From positions 502,257 through 566,256 of the forward strand of contig CAWFNN010000007.1 of assembly GCA_963817185.1 (NCBI GenBank): DNA of 64,000 bases, in the 5' to 3' direction. The notes below the pieces were generated by a model. That model had not been told where the DNA came from and made no database searches. It saw nothing but the letters and a program-made list of their open reading frames with translations. Below, piece by piece: positions 32,534 through 46,160 of the stretch. The position numbers were made by a program, and so were the translations under genes. Positions within the stretch are counted from its first letter, which is position 1. Each line of letters opens with the position of its first letter. Origin of the DNA: an uncultured Alphaproteobacteria bacterium. Lineage in GTDB: Bacteria > Pseudomonadota > Alphaproteobacteria > Acetobacterales > Acetobacteraceae.

Positions 32534-34209
32534 CAGACCGGCTTCCAGGATCGATCGACCTCCACATCGATCAACGTCGGCCCATCAGCCGCGAGCGCCT
32601 GTTCCAACAGGTCGCCGAGGTCGGACAAGGTTGCCGCCTTGTGCGCGGTCAGGCCCAGCCCGCGCGCCACGGCGACGAAATCGATCCGGGGCCGGTCCAG
32701 GTCCATCGCCACGTAGGTGTCGGTCTGCGCCGCCAGCCCCTTCATCGCATTGGTTCGCTGCTTGAGAATGCGATAGGAAAAGTTGTTGATGATGACGAAG
32801 ACCATTCGCAGGTTTTCGTGCGCAGCGGTCCACAGGCCCTGGATCGTGTACATCGCCGACCCATCGCCGATCAGCGCCACCACCGGGCGCTCCGGCAGGG
32901 CCAGCTTGACGCCGATGGCGGCCGGCAGGCCCCAGCCGATGCCGCCACCGCGGAGCCCGAAGAAGCTCTGCGCATCGTCGCTTTTCAGGAAACGGCGCAG
33001 ACCCGTCCCCGAGGAAACGGTCTCATCGATGACGACCGCATCGTCCGGCAGCAAACGTCCGATCGTCTGCATCAGGGCCAGCGGGTGGATCGGATGGCGT
33101 TCGGCGAGAGCGTCGGCCATGGCGTTCAGCTTGTGCAGGCTGGCGAGGCCCTCTGCCTTCGCGTGTGCCAGCCGCTTCACCGTCGCCTCGGCTTCCGTGG
33201 CGGAGCGGGCCTGCAGCACAGCCTGCGTCAGCTCGCGAAGAGTGACCTTGGGCTCGCCAAGGATCGACACCTGTTCGGGATAGTTTTTCGCCAGTTCCCA
33301 CGGATCGGTATCGAGATGGACCACGGGATAGTCCTGAGGCATCGCTTCGACTTCGCCCGGCAAGGACAGGGTGAACAGGTCGGCCCCGATCGAGACGAGG
33401 AGATCGTGCTGCAACAGCACCCCGCGGATCGCCTCCGGCAATCGGACCATGGTGCCGCGATAGAGCGGATGCGAGGAGGGGAACATCGCCCGGCTCGCCA
33501 TGCCTTCATCGTAAACTGGCGCACCCAGCGTCTCCGCCAACGCCACGAGTTCCTGCAACGCGTCGCCCTGCGGCACGGCGTCGCCGGCAATGATGACCGG
33601 ACTGCCTGCCCTGGCGATGATCGCGGCGGCCTGTCCGATCGCCGACGCATCGCCTCTGATTCGCGATGCCACGCGGCTGGGTGTGCCGAGATCGAGGTCG
33701 GCGCTGTCGGTCAGGACATCGCCGGGCAATGACAGAAAGACCGGACCCATCGGCGGCGCCAGCGCGGTCTTCACGGCCCGGTGGATCGCCCGCGGCAGGT
33801 CGGCGAGCCGGCGCACCTCCTCCGACCACTTGACGAACGGTCGGGCGATGGAGGGCAAATCGGCCCACAGCAGGGGTTCGGTGAAGTTGAAGCGCTGCTC
33901 GTGCTGGCCCGCGGTCACCAGGATCGGCGAACCGGCCTTCTGTGCGTCGTACAGCATGCCCATCGCATTCCCCAGGCCGGGGGCCGCATGCAGATTGACC
34001 ACGGCGCACTGGCCGGATGCCTGGGCGTAACCGTCTGCCATTCCCATGGCCGGCGCCTCCTGCAACGCCAGGATGTAACGAAGCTCGCGCTCCGCCGCCA
34101 GCGCATCCATAAGAGGTAATTCGGTGGTCCCGGGATTGCCGAACATCACCCGCACCCCCTCCTGCTTCAGCAATTCGAGCAGGGCGGTCTTTCCTGGCAT
34201 CATTGTCAT
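32533..34209 (-). CDS. Thiamine-PP-dependent decarboxylase (benzoylformate decarboxylase-like)
   Basis: FGNPGTTELP, GMADGYAQ, NLHAAPGLGN, GDGS..N TPP motif. Confidence 0.9.
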   Translation of the reverse strand: MTMMPGKTALLELLKQEGVRVMFGNPGTTELPLMDALAAERELRYILALQEAPAMGMADGYAQASGQCAVVNLHAAPGLGNAMGMLYDAQKAGSPILVTAGQHEQRFNFTEPLLWADLPSIARPFVKWSEEVRRLADLPRAIHRAVKTALAPPMGPVFLSLPGDVLTDSADLDLGTPSRVASRIRGDASAIGQAAAIIARAGSPVIIAGDAVPQGDALQELVALAETLGAPVYDEGMASRAMFPSSHPLYRGTMVRLPEAIRGVLLQHDLLVSIGADLFTLSLPGEVEAMPQDYPVVHLDTDPWELAKNYPEQVSILGEPKVTLRELTQAVLQARSATEAEATVKRLAHAKAEGLASLHKLNAMADALAERHPIHPLALMQTIGRLLPDDAVVIDETVSSGTGLRRFLKSDDAQSFFGLRGGGIGWGLPAAIGVKLALPERPVVALIGDGSAMYTIQGLWTAAHENLRMVFVIINNFSYRILKQRTNAMKGLAAQTDTYVAMDLDRPRIDFVAVARGLGLTAHKAATLSDLGDLLEQALAADGPTLIDVEVDRSWKPV

Positions 34210-34314
34210 GGATATTTACCTCCACGGGCGGTAGCTGCTGTTGTTGTTCCGCTACAAGGCACCGCGCCGCTATGCAAGCGGATGCGCACGCATCACCGGT
34301 GGGAGACGTTATTG

Positions 34315-35538
34315 ATGTCAAGATTATCGCGTCGCGTCCTGATCAGCGGACTGGCGGCCGCGCCCTTGGCCCGTCCGGGGATCATTCGAGCCCAGAGTTC
34401 GTCGAAGCCGGTGAAGATTGGCCTGTTGTCGGACATGGGCGGTCCTTACCGGGACGTGGGCGGCCCGGGCAACAAGGTCGCGACTGAGTTGGCGATCGAG
34501 GATTTCGGCGGCTCCGTGCTCGGCCGGCCGATCGAAGTCATGCAGGCGGACGACCAGGACAAACCGGATGTGTCCACCTCGCTTGCCCGCGAATGGATCG
34601 ACGACGCCGGCGTGGATGTGCTGGCAGACGGCGCCGCCAGTTCCTCCGGCCTCGCGGTGCAGCAGGTCTGCCGGGAGAAGAAGAGGATCTACCTTGTCAC
34701 CGGCCCGGCGACGTCGGACATGACCGGCAAGCAGTGCTCGCCCTACGGCATCCATTTCTCCTACGACACCTACGCCCTGGCGCACGGCACCGGCAACGCA
34801 CTGACCAAGGCCGGAGGCGACACGTGGTTCTTCATCACCGCGGACTACGCGTTCGGCTATGCGCTGGAGCGGGACACGATGAGCGCGGTGAAGGCGGCCG
34901 GCGGCAAGGTGCTGGGCGCGGTTCGCGCGCCGCTCGCCACGGCGGATTTTTCTTCCTATCTGGTGCAGGCGCAGGCGTCAGGCGCCAAGGTCATCGGTCT
35001 GGCGAACGCCGGCACCGACACGCAGAACTGCGTCAAGCAGGCGGCGGAGTTCGGCCTGACCAAAAGCGGCGTCCGCCTGGCCACGCTGCTGATCCAGATC
35101 AGCGACGTAAATGCGCTGGGGCAGAGGGTCTGCGAGGGTCTGACCTTCACCAACTCGTTTTACTGGGACATGACCGACAAGACCCGCGTCTGGTCGAAGC
35201 GCTGGAGCGACAGGATGGGCGGCATGGTCCCCGGACTGTTGCACGCCGGCAGCTATTGCGCGGCCTATCATTGGCTGAAGGCGGTGAAAGCGGCCGGCAC
35301 GACCGATGCCGACGCGGTCGTGGCCAAGATGAAGGCGACGCCGGTCAACGATTTCTACAATGACAATGTGAAGATCCGCGAAGACGGGCGGGTCATGCAC
35401 GTGATGTATCTGTGGCAGGTGAAGCCGGTCGCACAGGCTCGGTCGAAGTACGATTTCTGCAACAAGCTGGCGACGATTTCGCCCACGGATGCCTGGCGTC
35501 CGCTGGCATTGGGGGGATGCCCGCTGATCAAGACGTAG
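34315..35538 (+). CDS. Branched-chain amino acid-type ABC substrate-binding protein (Tat signal)
   Basis: SRR signal, DDQDKPD, TADYAFG, REDGRV. Confidence 0.9.
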   Translation: MSRLSRRVLISGLAAAPLARPGIIRAQSSSKPVKIGLLSDMGGPYRDVGGPGNKVATELAIEDFGGSVLGRPIEVMQADDQDKPDVSTSLAREWIDDAGVDVLADGAASSSGLAVQQVCREKKRIYLVTGPATSDMTGKQCSPYGIHFSYDTYALAHGTGNALTKAGGDTWFFITADYAFGYALERDTMSAVKAAGGKVLGAVRAPLATADFSSYLVQAQASGAKVIGLANAGTDTQNCVKQAAEFGLTKSGVRLATLLIQISDVNALGQRVCEGLTFTNSFYWDMTDKTRVWSKRWSDRMGGMVPGLLHAGSYCAAYHWLKAVKAAGTTDADAVVAKMKATPVNDFYNDNVKIREDGRVMHVMYLWQVKPVAQARSKYDFCNKLATISPTDAWRPLALGGCPLIKT

Positions 35539-35684
35539 CCTGCACGCGGCGGGTGGAGCGGACGCCGCGGCAAGGCTTCTGTTCGGCGATCAGGTCACGC
35601 CCGTAACGGCCTGTGCCCGCGACGCGGTGGGGTCAGCGCGAGAAAGGTGTCCAAGGCACGCGGGCCGCTGACATGGCGGATCGA

Positions 35685-36518
35685 TCAGGCCGCCCGCCAC
35701 AGCTCCCCGTCGCGCACCGCCTTCCCTTCCGCCTCCATTTTCAGCAGATGGGCAAGTACGTTCCGCTCCGCCGCCTTCCGCAGCCGCGGATTCAACTGCG
35801 AATACAGCGCGTCCATGATCGTGTAGGTATCGAACGCGCCGTCGTTCAGCTTCCTGGCGATGGCCTGTTCGCGGATCACGCGATGGGTCAGCATTTCCCT
35901 CACAAGGCGGCGAGGCTGCCGCATCGGTGGCCCGTGTCCGGGCAGATAGACATCGTCGTCACGGTCAAGCAACAGGCGCAGGCTGGCGAAATAGTCGGCC
36001 ATGTCGCCGCCGGGCGGGCTGACGATGCTGGTGGACCAGGACATCACGTGGTCGGCGCTGAACAGGACCTTTTCGCCATTCGCGGCGGCCAGCGCGTAAC
36101 ACAGATGGTCGGACGCGTGGCCCGGGGTGTGCACCGCCAGCATGCCGGCGACCGTCGCGCCGTCGTCGAGCTTGATATCCGGGTCGAATATGGGGACCGC
36201 GCTGTGGCGAAATCCCGCGGTCGGCGCTCCGGTCGCCGCCTGCAGGGCCGCGACGGCACCGATATGATCGTGATGGGTATGGCTCACCAGGATCAGGGCG
36301 ATCTGTCCCCCGGTGTGGCGCAGGATCGCCTCGATGTGCTCCGGATGACCCTCAGGTCCCGGGTCCAGCACGACCACGCCATCCGGCGCCTCGATCAGAT
36401 AGGTGTTGGTGCCGAAATAGGTCATCGGACCGGGGTTGTCCGCGATGATCCGGCTGATCCCCGGCATTACCGGCTGGTTGGCACCACGCTCCGGCTCCGG
36501 TTCGGTCAGGAAGGGCAT
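35685..36518 (-). CDS. MBL-fold metallo-hydrolase (LACTB2-like)
   Basis: NPGPMTYFGTNTY, HTHHDH, TPGHASDH, PGHG. Confidence 0.92.
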   Translation of the reverse strand: MPFLTEPEPERGANQPVMPGISRIIADNPGPMTYFGTNTYLIEAPDGVVVLDPGPEGHPEHIEAILRHTGGQIALILVSHTHHDHIGAVAALQAATGAPTAGFRHSAVPIFDPDIKLDDGATVAGMLAVHTPGHASDHLCYALAAANGEKVLFSADHVMSWSTSIVSPPGGDMADYFASLRLLLDRDDDVYLPGHGPPMRQPRRLVREMLTHRVIREQAIARKLNDGAFDTYTIMDALYSQLNPRLRKAAERNVLAHLLKMEAEGKAVRDGELWRAA

Positions 36519-36625
36519 TCTTTGCGTTCTCCGTTTCTCCCGATCCATGCCGTAAACCGGCCGGGCTGGCAACGCCGCCACATCCCGTGCCATGCTGGCG
36601 GATAAACCAAAAGGGGAGAACGGAC

Positions 36626-37270
36626 ATGGCGAAGGGTCTGCTGTTCGCGGCGCTGGATTTCTCGACCGCGCATGAAGACGAGTTTCACGACTGGTATGAT
36701 CATGAGCACGTGCCGGAGCGTCTGCGGGTGCCTGGGTTCCTGAACGCGGAACGCTGGATCGATGCGGCTAATCCGAAGATTCACGTGGCGACCTACGACC
36801 TGGACAGCGCCGGCGTGCTGGCAAGTCCGGCTTACCGAGCGATTGCCGGCGACAACCTGTCGGTGTGGTCCAGGCGGGTTACCGGCATGTGCCGGCGGAT
36901 CATGCGGTTCGCGGGTGAGCAACTGCTGCCGGGCGAACTGACCGGCGTGGCAGACGCCAGGGCGCTGCTTGTCGCATCGATGAACATCGATCCCGCTGTC
37001 GAACCCGAGTTCACCGAATGGTACAACAGCGAACATCTGCCGCAGCTCGCCGCCGTCCCCGGCGTGCTCGTGGCGAGGCGTTTCCGCGCCACCGACACGG
37101 GATCGGAGAGGCGCTATCTGGCGCTTTACCATCTGCGCGACGGTGACGTGCCGCGGTCGGAGGCCTGGGGCAAGGCCGCGAACACACCCTGGACGGAGCG
37201 GATGCGGCCGCATTTCCGCGACATGCTGGTGCTGCGGATGGATCGATATCAACGGAAGGCTTCGCATTAG
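36626..37270 (+). CDS. Hypothetical protein with two EthD/DUF4286-like domains
   Basis: Internal repeat EFHDWYDHEHVPERLRVPG / EFTEWYNSEHLPQLAAVPG. Confidence 0.75.
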   Translation: MAKGLLFAALDFSTAHEDEFHDWYDHEHVPERLRVPGFLNAERWIDAANPKIHVATYDLDSAGVLASPAYRAIAGDNLSVWSRRVTGMCRRIMRFAGEQLLPGELTGVADARALLVASMNIDPAVEPEFTEWYNSEHLPQLAAVPGVLVARRFRATDTGSERRYLALYHLRDGDVPRSEAWGKAANTPWTERMRPHFRDMLVLRMDRYQRKASH

Positions 37271-37523
37271 ATGCCGATCCTGACGCACCGCCGCGGGCCA
37301 GGGTGGAGAGGCGGTGCGCTTGTTGGGCCGTTGGCCTTGCCTATGATCGACCAGACGAGACCGTCAAACGGCATTTGGGGGGATTCGCCGGTTCAATCTC
37401 ACCAGGGTGCGAAACGTGCGGGTTTCGAACCGGAATTCACCGGTCGCGTCGGCGGGATCGTCGGCTTCATCGGAGCTGCTTCCGATGGGGGCTAAGAGAC
37501 AATAAGAAGGAGGCGCGAGGCGG

Positions 37524-39769
37524 ATGGCTGGCCGATCCTCCCGGGTTGTATTCGTGCTGGCGCTGGTACTGGCCGGCGTGCTTGGGACGACGCGCGCCTG
37601 GGCCCTGGGTGAAGCACCGAGGTCCGGCGAGACCGTCACGCAGTACCTGACGCCGGGTATCCTGCAGGCCCTGTTTCCTGGCGCCGAGCGGGTCGGGGCG
37701 GTCGGCGGAACGCCACCCGCCGCCACCGTCTACAAAACCGGCAAGGCGATCGGCTACATTTTCTCGACCTGGGACGTGACGCGGTCTCGCGGATTTGCCG
37801 ACCGCCCACTGGTCCTGCTGGTCGGCCTCAGTCTTGCCGGCCGGATCGCCGGAGTGAAACTCGTCCGCCACAGCGAGGCGATCGGGATACTTGGACTGCG
37901 CGACGAGGATTTTCTGCGGTTCCCGGATCAGTTTACTGGGTACGACATCAAAAGCAGCGTCGACGTCGTGAGGAAATCGCCGGCTTCGCCCTCGGAGCAA
38001 GGAGGCGCGCCGCAGCAAGCGGCACTGGGACAAGCCCTGCCGCAAGTGGATGCGATCGCACACGCGACCACGAGTTCAGTTTTCATGAGCGACGCGATCC
38101 TGCGCGGTGCGCGCATCGTCGCGCGCAGCCGGGGGATCCTGGCGTCGGCGAACCGGCCTTCCGGACGCGTCGATGTCGATCGCTTTACGCCTGCCGACTG
38201 GCATGCGCTGGAGACTGCCGGAGCCATCACTCATCTCCATCTCACGTATAAAGATGTGCTTGGAAAGTTGCGCGATCGGGGCGCCGTTGGGATCGTTGGC
38301 GGCGATCGTTCGGCACACGCCGACGATCCGTTTTTGGATCTCTATGTTGCGCTGCTGACGCCCGCCGGCAGTCGGCATCAATATCCTGGGCAGGATGTGG
38401 TACTCCAATTACGTCTATGCGGCCGGACGCGGCATCGACGATCAGATTTTGCTCGTCGCCGCAAACAGCGTTGTTTCCGTTCTGGGTGCGGGTCTGAGTG
38501 CGGAGCAGCCGGACACGATCGTGCCGATCGAGCTTGTGCAGGGTGACAAAACGATCCGCTTGTCGCCCAGGGAGATCACCAGCCTGCCGTTCCTGCACGC
38601 GGACTAAAGCGCCCCGGTTGACGGAGCAGGCACTGGTCTCGATTCCCGGGTAAAGACGGGCTCGATCCGGGCCGTCCGTGGCAGATCCGGCTGCTCGTTC
38701 CGGGCGAAACGGCCAACGGCAAGACCGCCTTCGCCGATTTTGCGCTGCCGTACCGATTGCCCGCCAGCTACCTGTTGAAGCCGGCTGCAGGATTCCCGGG
38801 CCATTGAAAACGATGCCGACGGCAACCCGGGATTCGCGTGGACCGCGATCTGGCGCGCGCGTTCAGGCGAGATTGCTGTGCTCGGCGTCGCACTGACCAC
38901 GCTGACGGCGATTCTGTTGCTCCAGGCCCCGATCAGCCGGCGGCCACGGCTGCACCGTTGGATCAGGATCGGTTTCCTGACCTGGACCCTGGTCTGGCTC
39001 GGATGGTACGCCGGTGCCCAGTTGACCGTCGTGCTGCTGATCACCTGGATCCACTCGCTAGTGACGGACTTCCGGTGGGACTCTCTGTTCGCCGATCCGC
39101 TGATCGCGATCCTGCTTGGATTTACGATCGTCAGCCTGTTCCTGTGGGGACGCGCCGCCTTCTGCGGGTGGCTCTGCCCGTTCGGGGCGCTCCAGGAGTT
39201 GACCAACAAAGCGGCCCGCGGCCTTCGCGTTCCGCAACTGAAGATCCCGGTCTCTGCTGCACGGCCGTCTGGTGGTGGCGAAATACGTGCTGTTTGTCGC
39301 GCTTGTTGGTGTCTCGTTCTTCGCCTGGGACCTGGCGATGGCCGGCGCCGAGATCGAGCCGTTCAAGGCGGCGATCATCCTGCGCTTCATGACCGAATGG
39401 CCGATGGTCGCGTACGCCGTTGCATTGATCGCGGCGAGCCTGTTCGTCGAGCGCTTCTATTGCCGGTTTGCCTGCCCGCTCGGCGGTGGGCTCGCCCTGT
39501 TCGGCAAGGTCCGGATCTTCGACTGGCTGAAACGCCATCCCGAGTGCGGCAGCCGTTGCCGTGCCTGCGAGACGGTCTGTCCGGTTGGCGCGATCAAGCG
39601 CAACGGCCAGATCAACATGAACGAATGCTTCTTTTGCCTGGACTGCCAGGTCACCTATTATGATGATCACACCTGTCCTCCGATGGTGTGGCGGCGCAAG
39701 CTTCTGGAACAGGCGCCGAGGCCCCTGCCCTCGCCCGCCGGAGCCCGCGCGCGGGGGGCAGGCCGATGA
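37524..39769 (+). CDS. nosR: NosR/NirI-family FMN-binding, 4Fe-4S membrane protein (several frameshifts)
   Basis: Periplasmic FMN_bind domain, FCGWLCPFGALQE, EPFKAAI, YCRFACPLG, CGSRCRACETVCP, ECFFCLDC. Confidence 0.85.
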
Positions 39770-40788
39770 CCCCCAGCGGGACGGCCGCAGGACTGGCCCG
39801 GCGGCGCGCCATCACCATCCTGGCGGCGTTCGCCGGCATGCCGCTGTTGCGGCGTGACCGGAGCTCGTCAGATCCAGAAGCATTGTACCGATGGAACGGC
39901 ACGTCGCTGGGCTCGCCGTCGCACCTGCTGCTGTATCATCCGGATCGGACGGCCACCGAACGGGTTGTCGACCTTTGTGCGACCGAAATCGAGCGGCTGG
40001 AACGGATCTTCGCCCTGTATCGCGACGACAGCGAGGTCGCCTGCCTGAACCGGGAGGGCCGGATCGCCGCACCTTCGGATGATCTGCTGCTGGTGTTGTC
40101 GGCATGCGACCGGTTATCCGCACAGAGCGGCGGTGCGTTCGATGCAACCGTGCAACCGCTGTGGAATCTTTATGCCAGACATTTCTTTGGCGGACAGATC
40201 CCGGTGACGGAGGGGCCGAAGCCAAGCGCCATCGCGGCCGCGCTGGCGCTGGTGGACTGGGGCGGGGTTGCGTTCAGCGGCAGAGAGGTGGCGCTGCGAC
40301 GACCCGGAATGGGTCTCACCCTGAACGGCATCGCCCAGGGATACGTCACCGACCGGATTATCGGTATCCTGCGCGACAATGGATTCGATCGGGTTCTCAC
40401 GGATCTGGGGCGAAGCGAGATCGGCGTGATCGGCCGACACCCTGATGGTCGGCCCTGGAAGGTCGGGCTGGCGGACCCTCGGCATCCCGAGCGGTTCGCT
40501 CTCGTTCTGGATCTTTTGCAAGGGGCTGTTTGCACATCAGGTGGTTATGGCACGAAGTTCGAGCCCAGCGGCAAGTACCACCATCTGTTCAATACGGCGA
40601 CCGGTGGGAGTGCCGGGCACTACATCGGCGTATCGGTGTTCGCCCCCAGCGCGATGGTGGCCGACGCACTTTCGACCGCGCTGTATGTCACCCCGCCTTC
40701 GCGCAGGCGGGGATTGCTCGCGGGTTATCCGGGTGCCACGGCTATTGTGACGCTCCCCAACGGGGTGATCCAGCATCTCCCCGGCTAG
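39766..40788 (+). CDS. nosX: FAD:protein FMN transferase (ApbE/NosX)
   Basis: Tat RRR, FDATVQPLW, LNGIAQGY, TSGGYG, ADALSTA. Confidence 0.9.
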   Translation: MTPSGTAAGLARRRAITILAAFAGMPLLRRDRSSSDPEALYRWNGTSLGSPSHLLLYHPDRTATERVVDLCATEIERLERIFALYRDDSEVACLNREGRIAAPSDDLLLVLSACDRLSAQSGGAFDATVQPLWNLYARHFFGGQIPVTEGPKPSAIAAALALVDWGGVAFSGREVALRRPGMGLTLNGIAQGYVTDRIIGILRDNGFDRVLTDLGRSEIGVIGRHPDGRPWKVGLADPRHPERFALVLDLLQGAVCTSGGYGTKFEPSGKYHHLFNTATGGSAGHYIGVSVFAPSAMVADALSTALYVTPPSRRRGLLAGYPGATAIVTLPNGVIQHLPG

Positions 40789-40992
40789 ACCATGTTCAGC
40801 CTGACTGTGCAGGCCGAAAATGGTCTATCTCTTTGTTTGATCGCATGATTCACGCGCCGGGGACGTTCCGCTCAGCGCGATCATGCTCTCTAGACCATTT
40901 TCATCCTGACTGTGCATGACGAAAATGGTCCAGATCTTTGTTTGATCGCATGATTCACGCGCCGGGGACGTTCCGCTCAGCGCGATATCTAG
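40785..40992. repeat. Two head-to-tail family 1 repeats sharing CTAG
   Basis: 40785-40893 and 40890-40992; first CTAG contains the nosX TAG stop. Confidence 0.9.
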
Positions 40993-41521
40993 CCCCAGCC
41001 CTGACCGACCGCGCGCGCCGACAAGGCGCCGCATGCACGGTTCGGGACATGGCGCGCGAACAACATGTTGGTCGAGAAGCGACCGCCACTCCAGAACCGG
41101 TATTGCTGGCTGCGTGCCACCCGCGGACACCGGGCCCCCGATCGCCATCGCCGCGGCGATCGAGCCGACGATGAGGGCAACCAAGCCGGCGTTGAACGCC
41201 TGATCGATCAGGTTCTGGATCGTGGGCTTGTTGCGTCCGATTGTGCCGTTGCTGAACATCTTCTGCGTCCGTTCGTCGAAGAGGAAAATTCCTCCTCGCA
41301 ACTTACAGACGCCCGTGTTTCGGCAATTCGACATCCCGCAGGAATTTTCTTACGGTCGTAGCCTGGACGTCCGGCGCCTGCGACGTCTTGTCCAACGCCG
41401 CGCGTCTGCGCTCCAGCCAGAGGCCCTGGGCCGGAGGCGAGCCGAGAGCGCTTGGAAATGGTGCCTGCACTCTCTGTCCTAAGACCGCTGCACCGAGAGC
41501 CGCGTCCCCGAGGCACCGCCC

Positions 41522-43423
41522 CTACAAGGCAATCTGCCGCCCGACTTCGAGGAACTTGTCGGCCGGCAGATCGAACCGGTCCGGCGTTCGGACGGCGTTG
41601 CGGTACATCGCGGCGAACAGCATACGCCGCCAAGTGGCTAACCGCGGCGGGTCCGTCTTGCGAACGATATCGTCGCGTGAGGCGAAGTAGACCGCATCAT
41701 CGAGGTTGACTGGACAGCCTTTCTCCGCGGCGTAGGCCAGGGCGGAGACCACGCTGGGCATCTCGATGAAGCCAAACCGCACGGTCACGTGCCAGAAGTC
41801 GTCCGCGATCTTATCGACTTTGGCTCGCTCGGACAGCGGGACGCGTGGATGATCCTCGAAGCTCACTGTCAGGCTGACGACGGTTTGCTGCAGTGCCTTG
41901 ATCTGGGCGACATGGCGCACCAGGACCGCCGGAACCACCCAATCGCTGCGGCTGAAAAACACCGCCGTGCCCGGGACGCGCGCAAGGTTGCCGCTCCTCA
42001 GTGTCGCGAGGAACTCGTCGATGGATTCCGGCTTTTGCAGCAATGACTGTCGGATGGCGTCGATCCCGCGGTGCCAGGTCGTCATCACCAGGAAGATCGC
42101 CAGACCCAGCAGCAGAGGAATCCACCCGCCTTCCCTGATTTTCAGCAGATTGGCGCCGAAGAACGCCAGGTCGACCAGCAGAAAGACGCCACTCACCGCC
42201 AGCGCGATGACCCTCGGCCATCGCCACAGGTCGCACATCGCATTGAACAGCAGCGTTGTTGTCAGCAGCATCGTGGTCGAGACCGCGGTGCCATAGGCAC
42301 CCGCCAGGGCGTCAGAACTGCCGAAGCTGTAAGTCAGGAACAGGGTGCATACCATCATGACCCAGTTGATCACGGGCACATAGATCTGGCCGTATTCCTG
42401 GTCCGAAGTCTGCGCGATGTTCAAACCGGGGAACCAGCCAAGTTGCATGGCCTGACGGGTCAGGGAGAACGCGCTGGTGATGATCGCCTGGCTGGCGATG
42501 ATCGTGGCACAGGTCGCCAGCACCACGAGCGGGATCACTGCCCAATGCGGGGCAAGCTCGAAGAAGGGGTTGCCGTCGATGCCAGGGTTCTCCAGCAGCA
42601 GTGAGGTCTGGCCGGCGTAGCAGAGCAGCAGGGCCGGCAGCACGACGGCATACCAGGACCACCGGATCGGGTTGCGGCCGAAATGTCCCATGTCGGCATA
42701 CAGCGCCTCGCTGCCGGTGAGTGCCAGAAACACGCCGCCGAGAACAAAGAAGGTCTGCCAGCCATGAGCGACGGCAAAATGGGTCGCATGCCAGGGGTTG
42801 ATCGCCAGGATCACCTCCGGCCGCCGCACAATGCCCGACAGACCGAGGACGGCGATGGCGACGAACCACAGCAGCATGATCGGACCGAAGACCCGGCCGA
42901 TTTTGGCCGTCCCCTCTCTCTGGACGCCGAACAGTGCCAGCAGAACCAGCAATGCGGCCGGAACCACGTATGGCTTTAAGGTGTCGGTGACGACATTGAT
43001 GCCTTCGAGCGCGCTCAACACCGAAATCGCCGGTGTCAGGATCCCGTCGCCGTAGATCAGCGCTGCTCCGAACAGGCCGGCGACGGTGAGCGCTCCGGCG
43101 AGGCGGCCCGCATTGCCCGTCACCAGCGCCATCAAGGCCAGAATGCCGCCCTCGCCATGGTTGTCCGCGCGCATCACGAAGGCACAATACTTGATCGAAA
43201 CCGTGATAATGAGCGCCCAGACGACGAGCGAGAGCAGCCCGAGCGCGTCCTCGGCGGACAGATGGCCCCCCATTGTGCCTACGATGGCCTGGTAGGTATA
43301 GAGCGGGCTGGTGCCGAGGTCGCCATAGACGACCCCCAGTGCCGCCAGCGCGCCCGCGGCGGTAACCGGCCGGTCGGCGGGCGAGGCCTCCTCCCTGGCA
43401 CCCCGTGTCGCGATGGCTTCCAT
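41522..43423 (-). CDS. kup: KUP/HAK/KT potassium uptake protein
   Basis: GVVYGDLGTSPLY, GEGG, GDGILTPAISVLSA, EALYADMGHF, GQIYVP. Confidence 0.95.
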   Translation of the reverse strand: MEAIATRGAREEASPADRPVTAAGALAALGVVYGDLGTSPLYTYQAIVGTMGGHLSAEDALGLLSLVVWALIITVSIKYCAFVMRADNHGEGGILALMALVTGNAGRLAGALTVAGLFGAALIYGDGILTPAISVLSALEGINVVTDTLKPYVVPAALLVLLALFGVQREGTAKIGRVFGPIMLLWFVAIAVLGLSGIVRRPEVILAINPWHATHFAVAHGWQTFFVLGGVFLALTGSEALYADMGHFGRNPIRWSWYAVVLPALLLCYAGQTSLLLENPGIDGNPFFELAPHWAVIPLVVLATCATIIASQAIITSAFSLTRQAMQLGWFPGLNIAQTSDQEYGQIYVPVINWVMMVCTLFLTYSFGSSDALAGAYGTAVSTTMLLTTTLLFNAMCDLWRWPRVIALAVSGVFLLVDLAFFGANLLKIREGGWIPLLLGLAIFLVMTTWHRGIDAIRQSLLQKPESIDEFLATLRSGNLARVPGTAVFFSRSDWVVPAVLVRHVAQIKALQQTVVSLTVSFEDHPRVPLSERAKVDKIADDFWHVTVRFGFIEMPSVVSALAYAAEKGCPVNLDDAVYFASRDDIVRKTDPPRLATWRRMLFAAMYRNAVRTPDRFDLPADKFLEVGRQIAL

Positions 43424-43609
43424 TGTTTGTGTCTCCCGGCGTCGGTGGTGCAGCGAACTTCCCTCGTCGTAGCCGGCGTCTCCAAGCCACGTCTCGCCGC
43501 GCACGTTTGTACAGATCACCGCGACACATATGACCGCGACCGGGCGCGGTTATAGCGGGTCTGAAAACATCAGACCGCGGCACTAGAACGTCTCGGCGCA
43601 AACCGGCGG

Positions 43610-45658
<2,049 letters not shown>

Positions 45659-45773
45659 GGCGAGGTCCCTTGGATTGTGGCCGCTGAGACATGGGGACGA
45701 GGGTTTTCGATGTGAGCCCCTTCGGCAGGGCACCGTTCACCAAATCTTAGCAAATGGCGGGCATTCTGCGCCG

Positions 45774-46160
45774 ATGCACGTGCGCCGCCAGAGAGGCCGG
45801 ACCGCCTACGCCAGCGGGGTCGCCGCCGAAGAGGCCGCATGTGCCGCCCTGATTGCCGACGGCTGGACGATCCGTGGCCGGCGGCTGCGCACCAAGGCCG
45901 GTGAAGTGGATGCGGTGGCGGAAAAGGCCGGGATCCTGTCGATCATCGAGGTTAAATCCCGCCCCACCCTGGGGGAGGCGGCCACCGCGCTCACTGTCCG
46001 GCAACAATCGAGGTTGATCGGCGCCTGCGAAATCATCCTTGGCGAGCACCCTGATTGGGGTGTCAACGGCGTCCGCTTCGACGTTGTAGTGGTAGATCCG
46101 GCGGGAACGGTCCGGCGCATCGCCGACGCATTCCGTCTGGGCGATCAAGCGAAGCTGTAA
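45774..46160 (+). CDS. yraN: YraN family (UPF0102) nuclease-like protein
   Basis: G..AE, GEVD, IEVKSR, RFDVV. Confidence 0.88.
   Translation: MHVRRQRGRTAYASGVAAEEAACAALIADGWTIRGRRLRTKAGEVDAVAEKAGILSIIEVKSRPTLGEAATALTVRQQSRLIGACEIILGEHPDWGVNGVRFDVVVVDPAGTVRRIADAFRLGDQAKL

Noticed and set aside
40825-41334. 169-aa ORF with a duplicated C-terminus
   Set aside because: The duplication is translation through two family 1 repeats; only a short N-terminal hydrophobic part might be real
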